In this document: in pieces, positions 18,510-27,244 of the stretch
How the letters are laid out: each line of letters starts with the position of its first letter
Numbering within the stretch: the stretch's first letter is position 1
Notes under the pieces: generated by a model
The model's database searches: none
What the model saw: the letters and a program-made list of their open reading frames with translations, nothing else
Told to the model about the DNA's origin: nothing
Assembly (NCBI GenBank): GCA_903836515.1
Contig: CAILQW010000048.1
Location: 316 to 64,315, forward strand
Length of the DNA stretch: 64,000 nucleotides
Reading direction: 5' to 3'
From: Candidatus Omnitrophota bacterium
GTDB lineage: Bacteria; Omnitrophota; Gorgyraeia; Zapsychrales; Fredricksoniimonadaceae
Made by a program: the position numbers and the translations under genes

Positions 18510-19199
18510 TTATTCATCTTGTAGAATTTTTGCGATCTGCTCCAGTTTGGTGTCCTTGGCCGTAGGGTTCTTCTTCTGGAAGGATATGCCTTTAAGGGTC
18601 TTGATCAGTTTGTCGTCGGTAAGGTTTCCGTAACAAGCCAGTTTTGTGGCAACAAATTCGTGGCCGAAGCACTGGCTGATCGCTTTGATCTCCTTGCCGG
18701 TCGTGGCAAAATCCAAGGCCAATAGTACCGCGCTGCTGCGAAATGCCTTCGGCGGGAAGTAGGGCAGTTTTGCCGCCTTGGATCGCTCCATAAAGATGTC
18801 CCGCATGGATTTAGTGTCTTTCCAAGGCTTGCGCTCGATGTCTGTGGCTGTGCAATAATCCCAAAAGTGCCGAAATAGTTCCTTCAGATTCCACGCCCTG
18901 CCGACGGCAAATTGATCTTTGTTTAACGCTTTGAACCGCTCCTTTTGATCATCGGTCATCCGTTCCGGGCGCTTCAGCCACAGAAATCTTGTACCCTTCA
19001 GCACATCAATCTTTTGTTCCGAAAGCATGGCGTGTTCCTTCTTGCGCACGTCATTAACCGCATCATTCAAGTCGCTGACAATATGACACTTATCGTGCAC
19101 AATATCCGCCTGCTTGACATTGTCTCGGGTGGAGTTAATAAACGCCTCCCACATGTCCATTGATACCGCTACGACCCCATCACGTTGTTTCTTTGGCAT
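18510..19199 (-). pseudogene. ISL3-family transposase, 3' (C-terminal) half only; the N-terminal half is missing
   Basis: 229 aa with ISL3 signatures (MDMWEAFINS..., DKCHIVSDLNDAVNDVRKKE); intact ISL3 transposases are about twice this length; no in-frame continuation upstream. Confidence 0.7.
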
Positions 19200-19375
19200 T
19201 GCCTACCAAAGAGAATCAATCGTCGCCGTTTCGTTTGTATCAGCCACATCAATCACTCGTCCGCGATCCAGATCACTCATGACCGTTACAAACTTGTGCC
19301 CGCGACCAAAATTTTTCTGCCGCCCACACTTGTAGCAACATTCGACCCTCCTTGAATGTTAGGTGCAGTATTCTA

Positions 19376-19403
19376 TTGACAAAAAGTTTGTTACGACTAT
19401 TAT
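19376..19403 (+). promoter_or_regulatory. Near-consensus sigma-70 promoter TTGACA-N16-TATTAT upstream of the DUF134 gene
   Basis: TTGACA 19376-19381 and TATTAT 19398-19403, about 35 nt upstream of the ATG at 19438. Confidence 0.4.
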
Positions 19404-19437
19404 TAGCATATGTCAATAATTGCAGTCTAGGGGGTGT

Positions 19438-19761
19438 ATGTCAAGACCTTGCAAGAAACGAACGGTTTGTCTTGATCTGAAGTCGGCTTATTTCAAGCCG
19501 CGGGGGATTTTGATGAGGGATCTTTCCGAGATCGTCCTTGAGGTGGATGAAATGGAAGCGGTGCGCCTGGCTGATCTTGAGGGTAAATACCAAGAAGACG
19601 CGGCCGCTCAAATGGGAATTTCGCGTCCTACGTTCGGCAACATCATCAATCGTGCTCATGTCAAGATCGCGGAAGCGCTTATCAGGGGGAAGGCCCTTCG
19701 TATCAATTGTCCCAGATTCGCCAAGAAATTAAACCATCACATCAAAGAGGTCGAGACATGA
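19438..19761 (+). CDS. DUF134 (UPF0251) family putative DNA-binding protein
   Basis: N-terminal MSRPCKKRTV..FKP.G is characteristic of DUF134; start moved from TTG 19420 to ATG 19438. Confidence 0.65.
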   Translation: MSRPCKKRTVCLDLKSAYFKPRGILMRDLSEIVLEVDEMEAVRLADLEGKYQEDAAAQMGISRPTFGNIINRAHVKIAEALIRGKALRINCPRFAKKLNHHIKEVET

Positions 19762-20123
19762 AGATTTGTATCCCAACGGAAACGAACAAAGGTAAAGAGG
19801 CTGTAGTTTTTGGTCATTTTGGCAGTGCGCCATTTTTCACGATCTATGACACAGACAATGGGTCTGTTGAGGTCATCGTCAATGTCAACCAGCATCATGC
19901 GCACGGGATGTGCCAGCCGATGGCGGCGCTTGCCGGGAAGGGTGTTAACGCTGTTGTGACGGGGGGTGCCGGTGCGGGGGCGATCCAGAAATTAAATCAG
20001 GGCGGGATCAAGGTTTATCGCGCTATTTCCGGAACAGTTGCTGATGTCGCCGCCCAGTTTACTAGTGGCAAAATTGAGGAGATATCAGTTAATAATGCCT
20101 GTGCTCATCACGACTGCCATTGA
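19758..20123 (+). CDS. NifX/NifB-like dinitrogenase FeMo-cofactor-binding domain protein
   Basis: MKICIPTE..VFGHFGSAPFFTIYD...GVNAVVTGGAGAGA..GIKVY pattern of PF02579; the ATG overlaps the upstream stop (ATGA). Confidence 0.7.
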   Translation: MKICIPTETNKGKEAVVFGHFGSAPFFTIYDTDNGSVEVIVNVNQHHAHGMCQPMAALAGKGVNAVVTGGAGAGAIQKLNQGGIKVYRAISGTVADVAAQFTSGKIEEISVNNACAHHDCH

Positions 20124-20192
20124 TCGGAGGCGGGGGGGGGGCTGAAGATAAGGCGGCTTATCCACGGATCACACCAGCGAAAGGTAAAGGTT

Positions 20193-20837
20193 TTGAATTC
20201 CAGCAAACGCAATTTTGACGAGGAAGCGGCAAGGTGGGATACCCCGCCACGGGTTAGATTGGCAGGAGATGTTTCCAAAGCCATGTTGGGGCGCCTTCAG
20301 TTAACGCAAGATATGGACATCCTTGATTTTGGTTGCGGGACGGGTCTTGTGACGCTGCCTTGCCATGCTTTGGTGCACGCCATTACCGGTGTGGACAGCT
20401 CAAAAGGCATGCTGGAGGTCTTTGAGGGCAAGGCCCGGGAACAGCAGGCAGGTAATATTAAGACGCGTTATCTTGATGTGACCCAAGGCGATGCCATCGG
20501 CGATCATTATCACGCGGTTGTAAGCAGCATGACACGGCATCATGTTAAGGACACGCAAAAGCTTCTTGAACACTTCTATGGGGCCTTGCTTCCGGGCGGG
20601 CAGATCGCGATGGCAGATCTGGACGAGGAGGGTGGCCGGTTTCATGATAATAACGACGGGGTATTCCATTTTGGTTTTAACCGGGAGAAGCTTGGCAGGT
20701 TGTTCATAGACGCAGGATTCACGGATGTCCGGTGTATGACGGCCGCACAAATGAATAAGCCAACTTCGCAAGCACAAGACAGGCTGTTCAGTGTTTTTCT
20801 CGTAACAGGCCGGAAGTTATCGGCAGTTAATAAATAA
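20193..20837 (+). CDS. Class I SAM-dependent methyltransferase
   Basis: Motif I DILDFGCGTGLVTL; about 210 aa, typical size. Confidence 0.7.
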   Translation: MNSSKRNFDEEAARWDTPPRVRLAGDVSKAMLGRLQLTQDMDILDFGCGTGLVTLPCHALVHAITGVDSSKGMLEVFEGKAREQQAGNIKTRYLDVTQGDAIGDHYHAVVSSMTRHHVKDTQKLLEHFYGALLPGGQIAMADLDEEGGRFHDNNDGVFHFGFNREKLGRLFIDAGFTDVRCMTAAQMNKPTSQAQDRLFSVFLVTGRKLSAVNK

Positions 20838-20907
20838 GGGAGGTTTTTGTGTCTGTCGAGAAAGCGAAAGCTCATTATATTATATAGGAAAATCAGGCTG
20901 TAGACGA

Positions 20908-21198
20908 TTGAACTGCGCACAGACGATCGCCTATGCGTTTAAAGATAGGTTCGATTTTTCCGATGAGGCTATCGATCGGCTTGGCGCCGGCGGCGGTCGT
21001 GCGCCCCATGGGGAGTGTGGTGCGTTATACGCCGCTAAAGTCATGCTCGAGAAGGAATATTCCATGAGGATCAAAGATTGTGCAGACGCCCTTCTCTCCT
21101 GTGCTGGATCAACGCAGTGTCGTGAGATCCGTGCTCTTCGTAAGTTATCGTGCCTGGGGTGTGTGGAGAAAGTTGCGGGGTGTATTGAAAAAATTTGA
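20908..21198 (+). CDS. C_GCAxxG_C_C family redox-active protein (possibly N-terminally short)
   Basis: NCAQTIAYAF ... GECGALYAAKVM ... conserved Cys pattern; only a TTG start is available in frame, and the upstream frame extension has no ATG or GTG. Confidence 0.5.
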   Translation: MNCAQTIAYAFKDRFDFSDEAIDRLGAGGGRAPHGECGALYAAKVMLEKEYSMRIKDCADALLSCAGSTQCREIRALRKLSCLGCVEKVAGCIEKI

Positions 21199-21222
21199 AA
21201 ATGCTCATTTGGAAAAATTGAG

Positions 21223-22140
21223 ATGGCAGCATATGTAATATTTGTGATCGGTTTGTTCTTTTGTTTGACGCCTTGGGCGTCGCCGCCGTTGGCGCTGGCA
21301 TTGGGGTTGGCCATGGCGTTTACGGTGGGACATCCGTTCAAACAGTTTAACGGGCGGGTTATCAAGTATCTTCTTCAGGTATCTGTCGTCGGACTTGGGT
21401 TCGGGCTGAATTTTGGCGAGGTTGTCAATGCGGGAAAAACAGGTGTTCTTTTCACGGTTGTTTCGATATTGGGTACATTGATCGTCGGATATTTGATCGG
21501 GAAGTGGATGTCGATCAATCAAAAGACATCGTATTTAATATCGACCGGAACAGCTATCTGTGGTGGGAGCGCTATTGCGGCTATTGCGCCGATCATTGCT
21601 GCCGATGAGAACGAAGTAGCGATCGCGCTGGGTACGGTGTTTATTCTTAATTCAGTTGCGCTTTTTCTGTTTCCTCCCTTGGGGCATTATTTAGGGCTGA
21701 CGATGAAGCAGTTCGGGATGTGGTCGGCGATCGCGATCCACGACACCAGTTCAGTCGTTGGCGCGGCGGCTCGATACGGAGATGATGCGCTTAAGATCGC
21801 GGCAACCGTAAAATTGACCAGGGCCTTATGGATCATCCCGGTCGCTTTGGGTACGGCGATTGCCTTAAAGAACAGGGCGGCAAAGATACAATTTCCATAT
21901 TTTATCCTGGGTTTCATCGGCGCATCTTTGGCCGTGACGTTCCTGCCGGACTTTAAGGCAGTATATGCAGGGGTCGTGGATGTATCCAAGACCGGACTCA
22001 CCGTGACCTTGTTTCTGATCGGCGCTGGTTTATCGCGGGAAACATTGAAGACGGTTGGAGTAAAGCCGGTGGTACAGGGTGTTATTTTATGGATGCTGAT
22101 TTCGGTTGTTTCTTTACTGGTTGTACGAAGTATTTTATAA
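21223..22140 (+). CDS. YeiH/UPF0324 family putative sulfate-exporter-type membrane protein
   Basis: Polytopic membrane protein with the LISTGTAICGGSAIAAIAPI motif. Confidence 0.7.
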   Translation: MAAYVIFVIGLFFCLTPWASPPLALALGLAMAFTVGHPFKQFNGRVIKYLLQVSVVGLGFGLNFGEVVNAGKTGVLFTVVSILGTLIVGYLIGKWMSINQKTSYLISTGTAICGGSAIAAIAPIIAADENEVAIALGTVFILNSVALFLFPPLGHYLGLTMKQFGMWSAIAIHDTSSVVGAAARYGDDALKIAATVKLTRALWIIPVALGTAIALKNRAAKIQFPYFILGFIGASLAVTFLPDFKAVYAGVVDVSKTGLTVTLFLIGAGLSRETLKTVGVKPVVQGVILWMLISVVSLLVVRSIL

Positions 22141-22151
22141 GGAGAATAAAG

Positions 22152-23534
22152 ATGCTACCTCGACTACTCTTGGCGGTTTTTGCCGGAATCCTTTCTACAA
22201 CGGCGGTATTCGCCGGTGAAGCGCCATCCGGCGCCCCTGCCTTATCGTTTCAGGCATTTTCCCAGAAAGTTCTGGCGTATTATCCCAGGTTCAAATCCGC
22301 TCACGGTGATGTCGATATTGCCCTAGCGCAGCAGATGCAGGCAAAGGCCGGCTTCTGGCCGTCTTTGGACTTGTCTGCCGGGTATAACATCACCAATGAT
22401 CCTGTGAATGTATTCGGCATGCTGCTTCGTCAGGAACGGTTTACATCCGCGGACTTTGATCTGAAGCGGCTTAATACGCCTGATCGTCATCAGGATTTGT
22501 CAGCCGGGGTACATGTTGCATGGCCTCTTTTTGATGCCATGCAGACGATTGGCCGGGCGCGTTCGGCGAGAGAGTTTGTCAAGGCATCACAGGCGGATGA
22601 AGCATACACGAAGATGGAAGCGCTGTTGATGGCCCAAGATGCCTATTTGAACGCCCTGACACTGGAAAAATTATCATCTATTATCGATGAAGTGCAGAGG
22701 AGCTCTGAGGGTGATCTTCAAAAGGCAAAGGATTTAAAGGATAAGGGCATGATCTTGGGTGCGGATTATTATTCAGCCCGCGTCATGTTCGGCGATTTTA
22801 CGCGGATGAAGAATGAAATTGCTCGTCGGAAGATAGCGATGACAGCGCTATTGAATATCTTGATGGGCGAGTCAGTGAATAAGATCTGGACGCTTACCAG
22901 TACGATCAAAGAGGCAGAAGCCCCGTTACAGGATCAGCAGAAGTTGCTGGAAATGGCGCTTGTCCATCGGCCAGATCTTTTTGCGCTTAACTGCCGCTTT
23001 TTAGCCTCTGCAGTGGAACTTTCTCGTGAAAGATCGGCAGTGCTTCCCCATGTGAGTGCCTTTGGTGCGGCAGCGTATGACAGGGAAAAGATGGCTGGAT
23101 CGGGTGGCAACAACTATGCCGTTGGCGTTAAAGGCGAACTGCCTCTTTTTGATCCCTCGCATGAAGGCCGTGTCAAAGAGGCAACGGCCAGGAAAGGTCA
23201 ACTGGAGCAAAATGTTCAACTTCTTAAAGATGCTATCGCACGTGACATCGCTGAGGAGATCGCTCGTTATGACACGTTCCGGGATAACATGGCCGTTCTC
23301 AAGGGGATGAACGATGATGCCAAAGAAGCGGTGGTGCTTGTCGTGCCGCTTTATAGCGAAGGCCGCAAATCTATTGCCGATTTGCTTGAAGTGCGTCATG
23401 CGTATCTGGAGGCAGCACAGTCTTATAACAAGGCTGTCATGGGGATTTGGCTGTCGGAGGCGCGGTTGCTTTTTCTGACTGGCCAATTAAATGAAGATGG
23501 AATGAGAACATTAGAAGAAGGAGCCGGGCTATGA
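22152..23534 (+). CDS. TolC-like outer membrane efflux protein (OMF)
   Basis: Signal peptide MLPRLLLAVFAGILSTTAVFA; two OEP-type coiled repeats; RBS AAGGAGAA; stop overlaps the RND gene. Confidence 0.75.
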   Translation: MLPRLLLAVFAGILSTTAVFAGEAPSGAPALSFQAFSQKVLAYYPRFKSAHGDVDIALAQQMQAKAGFWPSLDLSAGYNITNDPVNVFGMLLRQERFTSADFDLKRLNTPDRHQDLSAGVHVAWPLFDAMQTIGRARSAREFVKASQADEAYTKMEALLMAQDAYLNALTLEKLSSIIDEVQRSSEGDLQKAKDLKDKGMILGADYYSARVMFGDFTRMKNEIARRKIAMTALLNILMGESVNKIWTLTSTIKEAEAPLQDQQKLLEMALVHRPDLFALNCRFLASAVELSRERSAVLPHVSAFGAAAYDREKMAGSGGNNYAVGVKGELPLFDPSHEGRVKEATARKGQLEQNVQLLKDAIARDIAEEIARYDTFRDNMAVLKGMNDDAKEAVVLVVPLYSEGRKSIADLLEVRHAYLEAAQSYNKAVMGIWLSEARLLFLTGQLNEDGMRTLEEGAGL

Positions 23535-26500
23535 GCGCACCGCAAGAAGGTTTTATCGCCCGGGTCGTCGGGGTCTTTGTTAAGTCAAAGGTCACGCCCC
23601 TTATTATCGGCTTTTCGATCTTTCTTGGCGTGATGGCTGTGATCAATCTGCCGCGGGAAGAGGAGCCGCAAATTGCCGTGCCCATGTTTGATATTTTTGT
23701 TTCCTACCCCGGAGCCACGGCAGAAGAGGTCGAACGCCGTATCGTTAATGTGGGGGAGCGCAAGCTTTGGGAGATCAATGGCGTCGAGTATGTTTATTCC
23801 ATGATTCAGGCTGAAGGTGCAGTCATTACCGTTCGATTCAAAGTTTGTGAAGATGTCGAAAAGAGCCTGATCAAGCTTTATACAAAAGTTCATTCCAACC
23901 TTGATGTTCTTGCCAAAGGCGGTTCTCAGCCGTTCATTAAGATCCGGTCGATCGATGATGTCCCCGTGATGACATTGACATTCCATGGTGAGAACAATGA
24001 TCAGGTTCGTTTGCGGAAGGTTGTGTCTGAGGTTCAGAACAGTATCAGCGCGATCCCAGACGTCTCTGAGACCAGCATTACTGGCGGGCGCAAACGGCAA
24101 TTCCATGTGTACCTTGACGAGGTGAAGCTGAACGAACGGTTCTTGAATCCCCTTGAGATCAGCCGTCTGATCCAGCAAGCCAATGTGAAGGTGTCGGCAG
24201 GGCATCTGGAAAGCACCCCTGAGCTTGTGAATGTCGAGGCTGACGGATTTTTCCGGTCTAAAGAAGACCTTGAGGATCTGGTGATCAGCGTCAGTCAAGG
24301 CGGACAGGTTTATTTGAAGGATGTGGCCAAAGTCGTCGATGGCCCGGATGAAGAAGAAAACGCGGTTGATATCCGTTTTGGTGCGGCAGATAAAGCCGCT
24401 GCGAAAGGGCCGTTCAACGCCGTGACGCTTTCGGTGTCGAAAAGGAAGGGTTCCAACGCATCGCGTCTGTGTGAAAAGATCTTGAAGAATGTCGAGGGCT
24501 TGCAGGGAAGTGTTATTCCCGGTGATGTTGCCTATACGGTCACACGCAATTACGGTGCCACGGCGGATGAGAAGTCCAATGAACTTCTTTTTCATATGCT
24601 GATCGCGGTCGTTGCCGTCACGCTCCTAATGGCGCTGGCGTTGGGCTGGCGTGAATCGTGGGTTGTGGCTATCGCCATCCCGATGACGTTGTCCTTAACA
24701 CTGGCGGGGTTTTATTTCCTTGGCTTTACGCTGAACCGGATCACGCTTTTTGCGCTGATATTTTCTATCGGTATTCTTGTCGATGATCCTATCGTTGGGG
24801 TGGAGAATATCGTCCGGCATCTGCGCATGGTGAAGAACAAGGGGCGTGACCTGCTCGATGTAACGATCGAGGCTTTTAAGGAAGTACAGAGTCCACTGAT
24901 CTTGGCCACGCTGACCGTGATCGCGGCGATCCTGCCGATGGCATTTGTGAGTGGTCTGATGGGGCCATATATGCGCCCGATCCCGATCGGGGCCAGTATG
25001 GCCATGGTTTTTTCTATGATGGTGGCGTTTGTCGCTACACCGTGGGCCGCCTATAGGATACTCGGGAGCGCGCAACGGCAGGGGAAGCTCAAGGATCACG
25101 GGGAGCATGGGGAGCAGGATGATCTTTTGACGCGGATATACCGGTCATACATGAAGCCGTTGATCTACAGCGCGGAGGTGCGTCGAGGGTTTATTATCGT
25201 CCTTCTGGTGATGCTGGCCGGGGCGATCATGCTTGTCCCGTTTAAGCTGGTCAAGGTCAAGATGCTGCCGTTTGATAACAAGAATGAGTTCCAGGTGGTG
25301 TTGGACATGCCGGAAGGCACGTCCCTGGACCAGACCAGGGCGGCCATCAACGAACTGGCGGCTTATATCAGTGTGACGCCGGAAGTAAAAAATATCACGG
25401 CGTATATCGGGACGAGTGCGCCGTACAATTTTAATGGGCTCGTTCGCCATTATTTCCTGCGCTCCAAGCCGTGGCAGGCAGATCTTCAGGTTAATTTGGT
25501 CGGCAAGGATGAACGCAAGCGCCAGAGCCATGCGATCGCGACTTCCCTGCGTTCCAAGGTGCATGAGATTGTTTCAAAATATGGCGGGCATGTTCAGGTT
25601 GCAGAAGTGCCTCCGGGCCCGCCGGTGCTTTCAACGCTGGTGCTGGAAGTATACGGCCCGACATTGGAAGGTCAGCGCAAGCTTGCCGGCGATGTCGAGG
25701 CGCTTTTAAATAGTAATCCTGGTGTTAGGGATGTTGACAGTTATGTCGGACGGCAGGAAAAGCTGGACAGTTTGAAGGTCGACAAACAGAAATGCTCTTT
25801 GAACGGGGTCCCGGTGGATGCTGTGGCGGCGATCATTTCCGGCACAATCCAGGGCAGCAAGACGGATCTCGCCCATCTTTCCGGTGAGAATGAGCCGCTG
25901 GAGATCGTTATGCGGTTGCCTCAAGAACAGCGTGAAACCTTGGACGCGGCTTTAAACATGACTGTCTTGTCTAGGTTCGGCAACCGGATACCGATTAAAG
26001 ATCTTGTCACTGTCGAGAAGACATCCAGGGATTATATGATCTACCACAAGAACCTTGAACGGGTAGCATATGTTGTCGGGGACGTTCAGGGCAGGTTCGA
26101 TAGCCCTGTGTACGCCATGATGGATCTGAATGGCGGTCTTGAGAAGCTGTCACTTCCGGAGCCAAAGCCTGCAGCGCAAAAGCAGCCGGACCTTCTTTTT
26201 ACCAGCCAGCCGGAAACCAATGACCGCTGGTCGATCAAATGGGATGGCGAATGGCAGATTACGTTTGAAGTGTTCCGTGATCTTGGCATCGCTTTTGCGA
26301 TTGTTCTTATATTGATCTTTACGCTTGTTGTGGGGTGGTTCCAGTCGTTCAAGACGCCGTTTATTATTATGCTGCCCATACCATTGACGCTGGTTGGCAT
26401 CTTGCCAGCTCACTGGATGACAGGGATGTTTTTCACCGCAACGTCTATGATCGGCATGATTGCCGGTGCAGGGATCGTTGTGCGCAACTCGATCATCCTG

Positions 26501-26866
26501 GTGGATTTCATTGAATTGCGTGTCAGGGAAGGCATGCCCTTGGAAGAGGCTGTCATTGATGCGGGGGCCAAGAGATTCCGTCCTATGCTCTTAACAGCAG
26601 CGGCGGTTGTCGTTGGTGCGTCGGTTATCTTATTCGATCCGATCTTCCAGGGGTTGGCGTTGTCCTTGATGGCCGGGGAGATCGCCTCAACGCTCTTGGC
26701 ACGCACCGCTATACCGGTCGTTTATTACATGGTTATGAGGCCGAAGGATGGTTATTCAGGTTTATCAAAAACATCTGGGTCATTCTTGTCCCGGATGAAA
26801 TCAAGCGTGCCGTTTATGCTGGCCGCATTAGGTCGGTTGCACGTCAATCCAAGGAGGACAAAATGA
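23531..26866 (+). CDS. RND-superfamily efflux transporter permease (AcrB/CzcA-like), 1111 aa
   Basis: 12-TM AcrB-type topology with two large periplasmic loops; no membrane-fusion (adaptor) gene lies between the OMF gene and this pump. Confidence 0.85.
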   Translation: MSAPQEGFIARVVGVFVKSKVTPLIIGFSIFLGVMAVINLPREEEPQIAVPMFDIFVSYPGATAEEVERRIVNVGERKLWEINGVEYVYSMIQAEGAVITVRFKVCEDVEKSLIKLYTKVHSNLDVLAKGGSQPFIKIRSIDDVPVMTLTFHGENNDQVRLRKVVSEVQNSISAIPDVSETSITGGRKRQFHVYLDEVKLNERFLNPLEISRLIQQANVKVSAGHLESTPELVNVEADGFFRSKEDLEDLVISVSQGGQVYLKDVAKVVDGPDEEENAVDIRFGAADKAAAKGPFNAVTLSVSKRKGSNASRLCEKILKNVEGLQGSVIPGDVAYTVTRNYGATADEKSNELLFHMLIAVVAVTLLMALALGWRESWVVAIAIPMTLSLTLAGFYFLGFTLNRITLFALIFSIGILVDDPIVGVENIVRHLRMVKNKGRDLLDVTIEAFKEVQSPLILATLTVIAAILPMAFVSGLMGPYMRPIPIGASMAMVFSMMVAFVATPWAAYRILGSAQRQGKLKDHGEHGEQDDLLTRIYRSYMKPLIYSAEVRRGFIIVLLVMLAGAIMLVPFKLVKVKMLPFDNKNEFQVVLDMPEGTSLDQTRAAINELAAYISVTPEVKNITAYIGTSAPYNFNGLVRHYFLRSKPWQADLQVNLVGKDERKRQSHAIATSLRSKVHEIVSKYGGHVQVAEVPPGPPVLSTLVLEVYGPTLEGQRKLAGDVEALLNSNPGVRDVDSYVGRQEKLDSLKVDKQKCSLNGVPVDAVAAIISGTIQGSKTDLAHLSGENEPLEIVMRLPQEQRETLDAALNMTVLSRFGNRIPIKDLVTVEKTSRDYMIYHKNLERVAYVVGDVQGRFDSPVYAMMDLNGGLEKLSLPEPKPAAQKQPDLLFTSQPETNDRWSIKWDGEWQITFEVFRDLGIAFAIVLILIFTLVVGWFQSFKTPFIIMLPIPLTLVGILPAHWMTGMFFTATSMIGMIAGAGIVVRNSIILVDFIELRVREGMPLEEAVIDAGAKRFRPMLLTAAAVVVGASVILFDPIFQGLALSLMAGEIASTLLARTAIPVVYYMVMRPKDGYSGLSKTSGSFLSRMKSSVPFMLAALGRLHVNPRRTK

Positions 26867-27045
26867 TGGAAAGAACATTAAGAGGTATCGCCGGGGTATT
26901 TTTATTGGTCAGTTTGCTGCTGGCGCATTATGTTAGTCCGTTGTGGCTCTGGTTGACGGCTTTTATCGGCCTGAACCTTTTGCAGTCAGCGTTTAGCAAC
27001 TGGTGTCCGATGATGTGGGTTTTGCAAAGGCTTGGGATCAAGTAA
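26863..27045 (+). CDS. DUF2892 (YgaP-like) small membrane protein
   Basis: 60 aa; GLNLLQSAFSNWCPMMWVL matches the DUF2892 signature. Confidence 0.55.
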   Translation: MMERTLRGIAGVFLLVSLLLAHYVSPLWLWLTAFIGLNLLQSAFSNWCPMMWVLQRLGIK

Positions 27046-27244
27046 GAAAGATGGGGAGTAGCCGTATCGGAGATGGCGATGAAGTTTTTCTTCCCATATG
27101 TTCCAGCGTATTGATGTGATATAATCATGGATCCCAAGTGATGATGCGGCATGCTTCTTAAGCATGAACATAACATCGTTAAGAGATCGTTAAGGACAAA
27201 CTCAAGGGAAGTTCATTCCTTTTGAAAATGTTACCGGGAAGATA

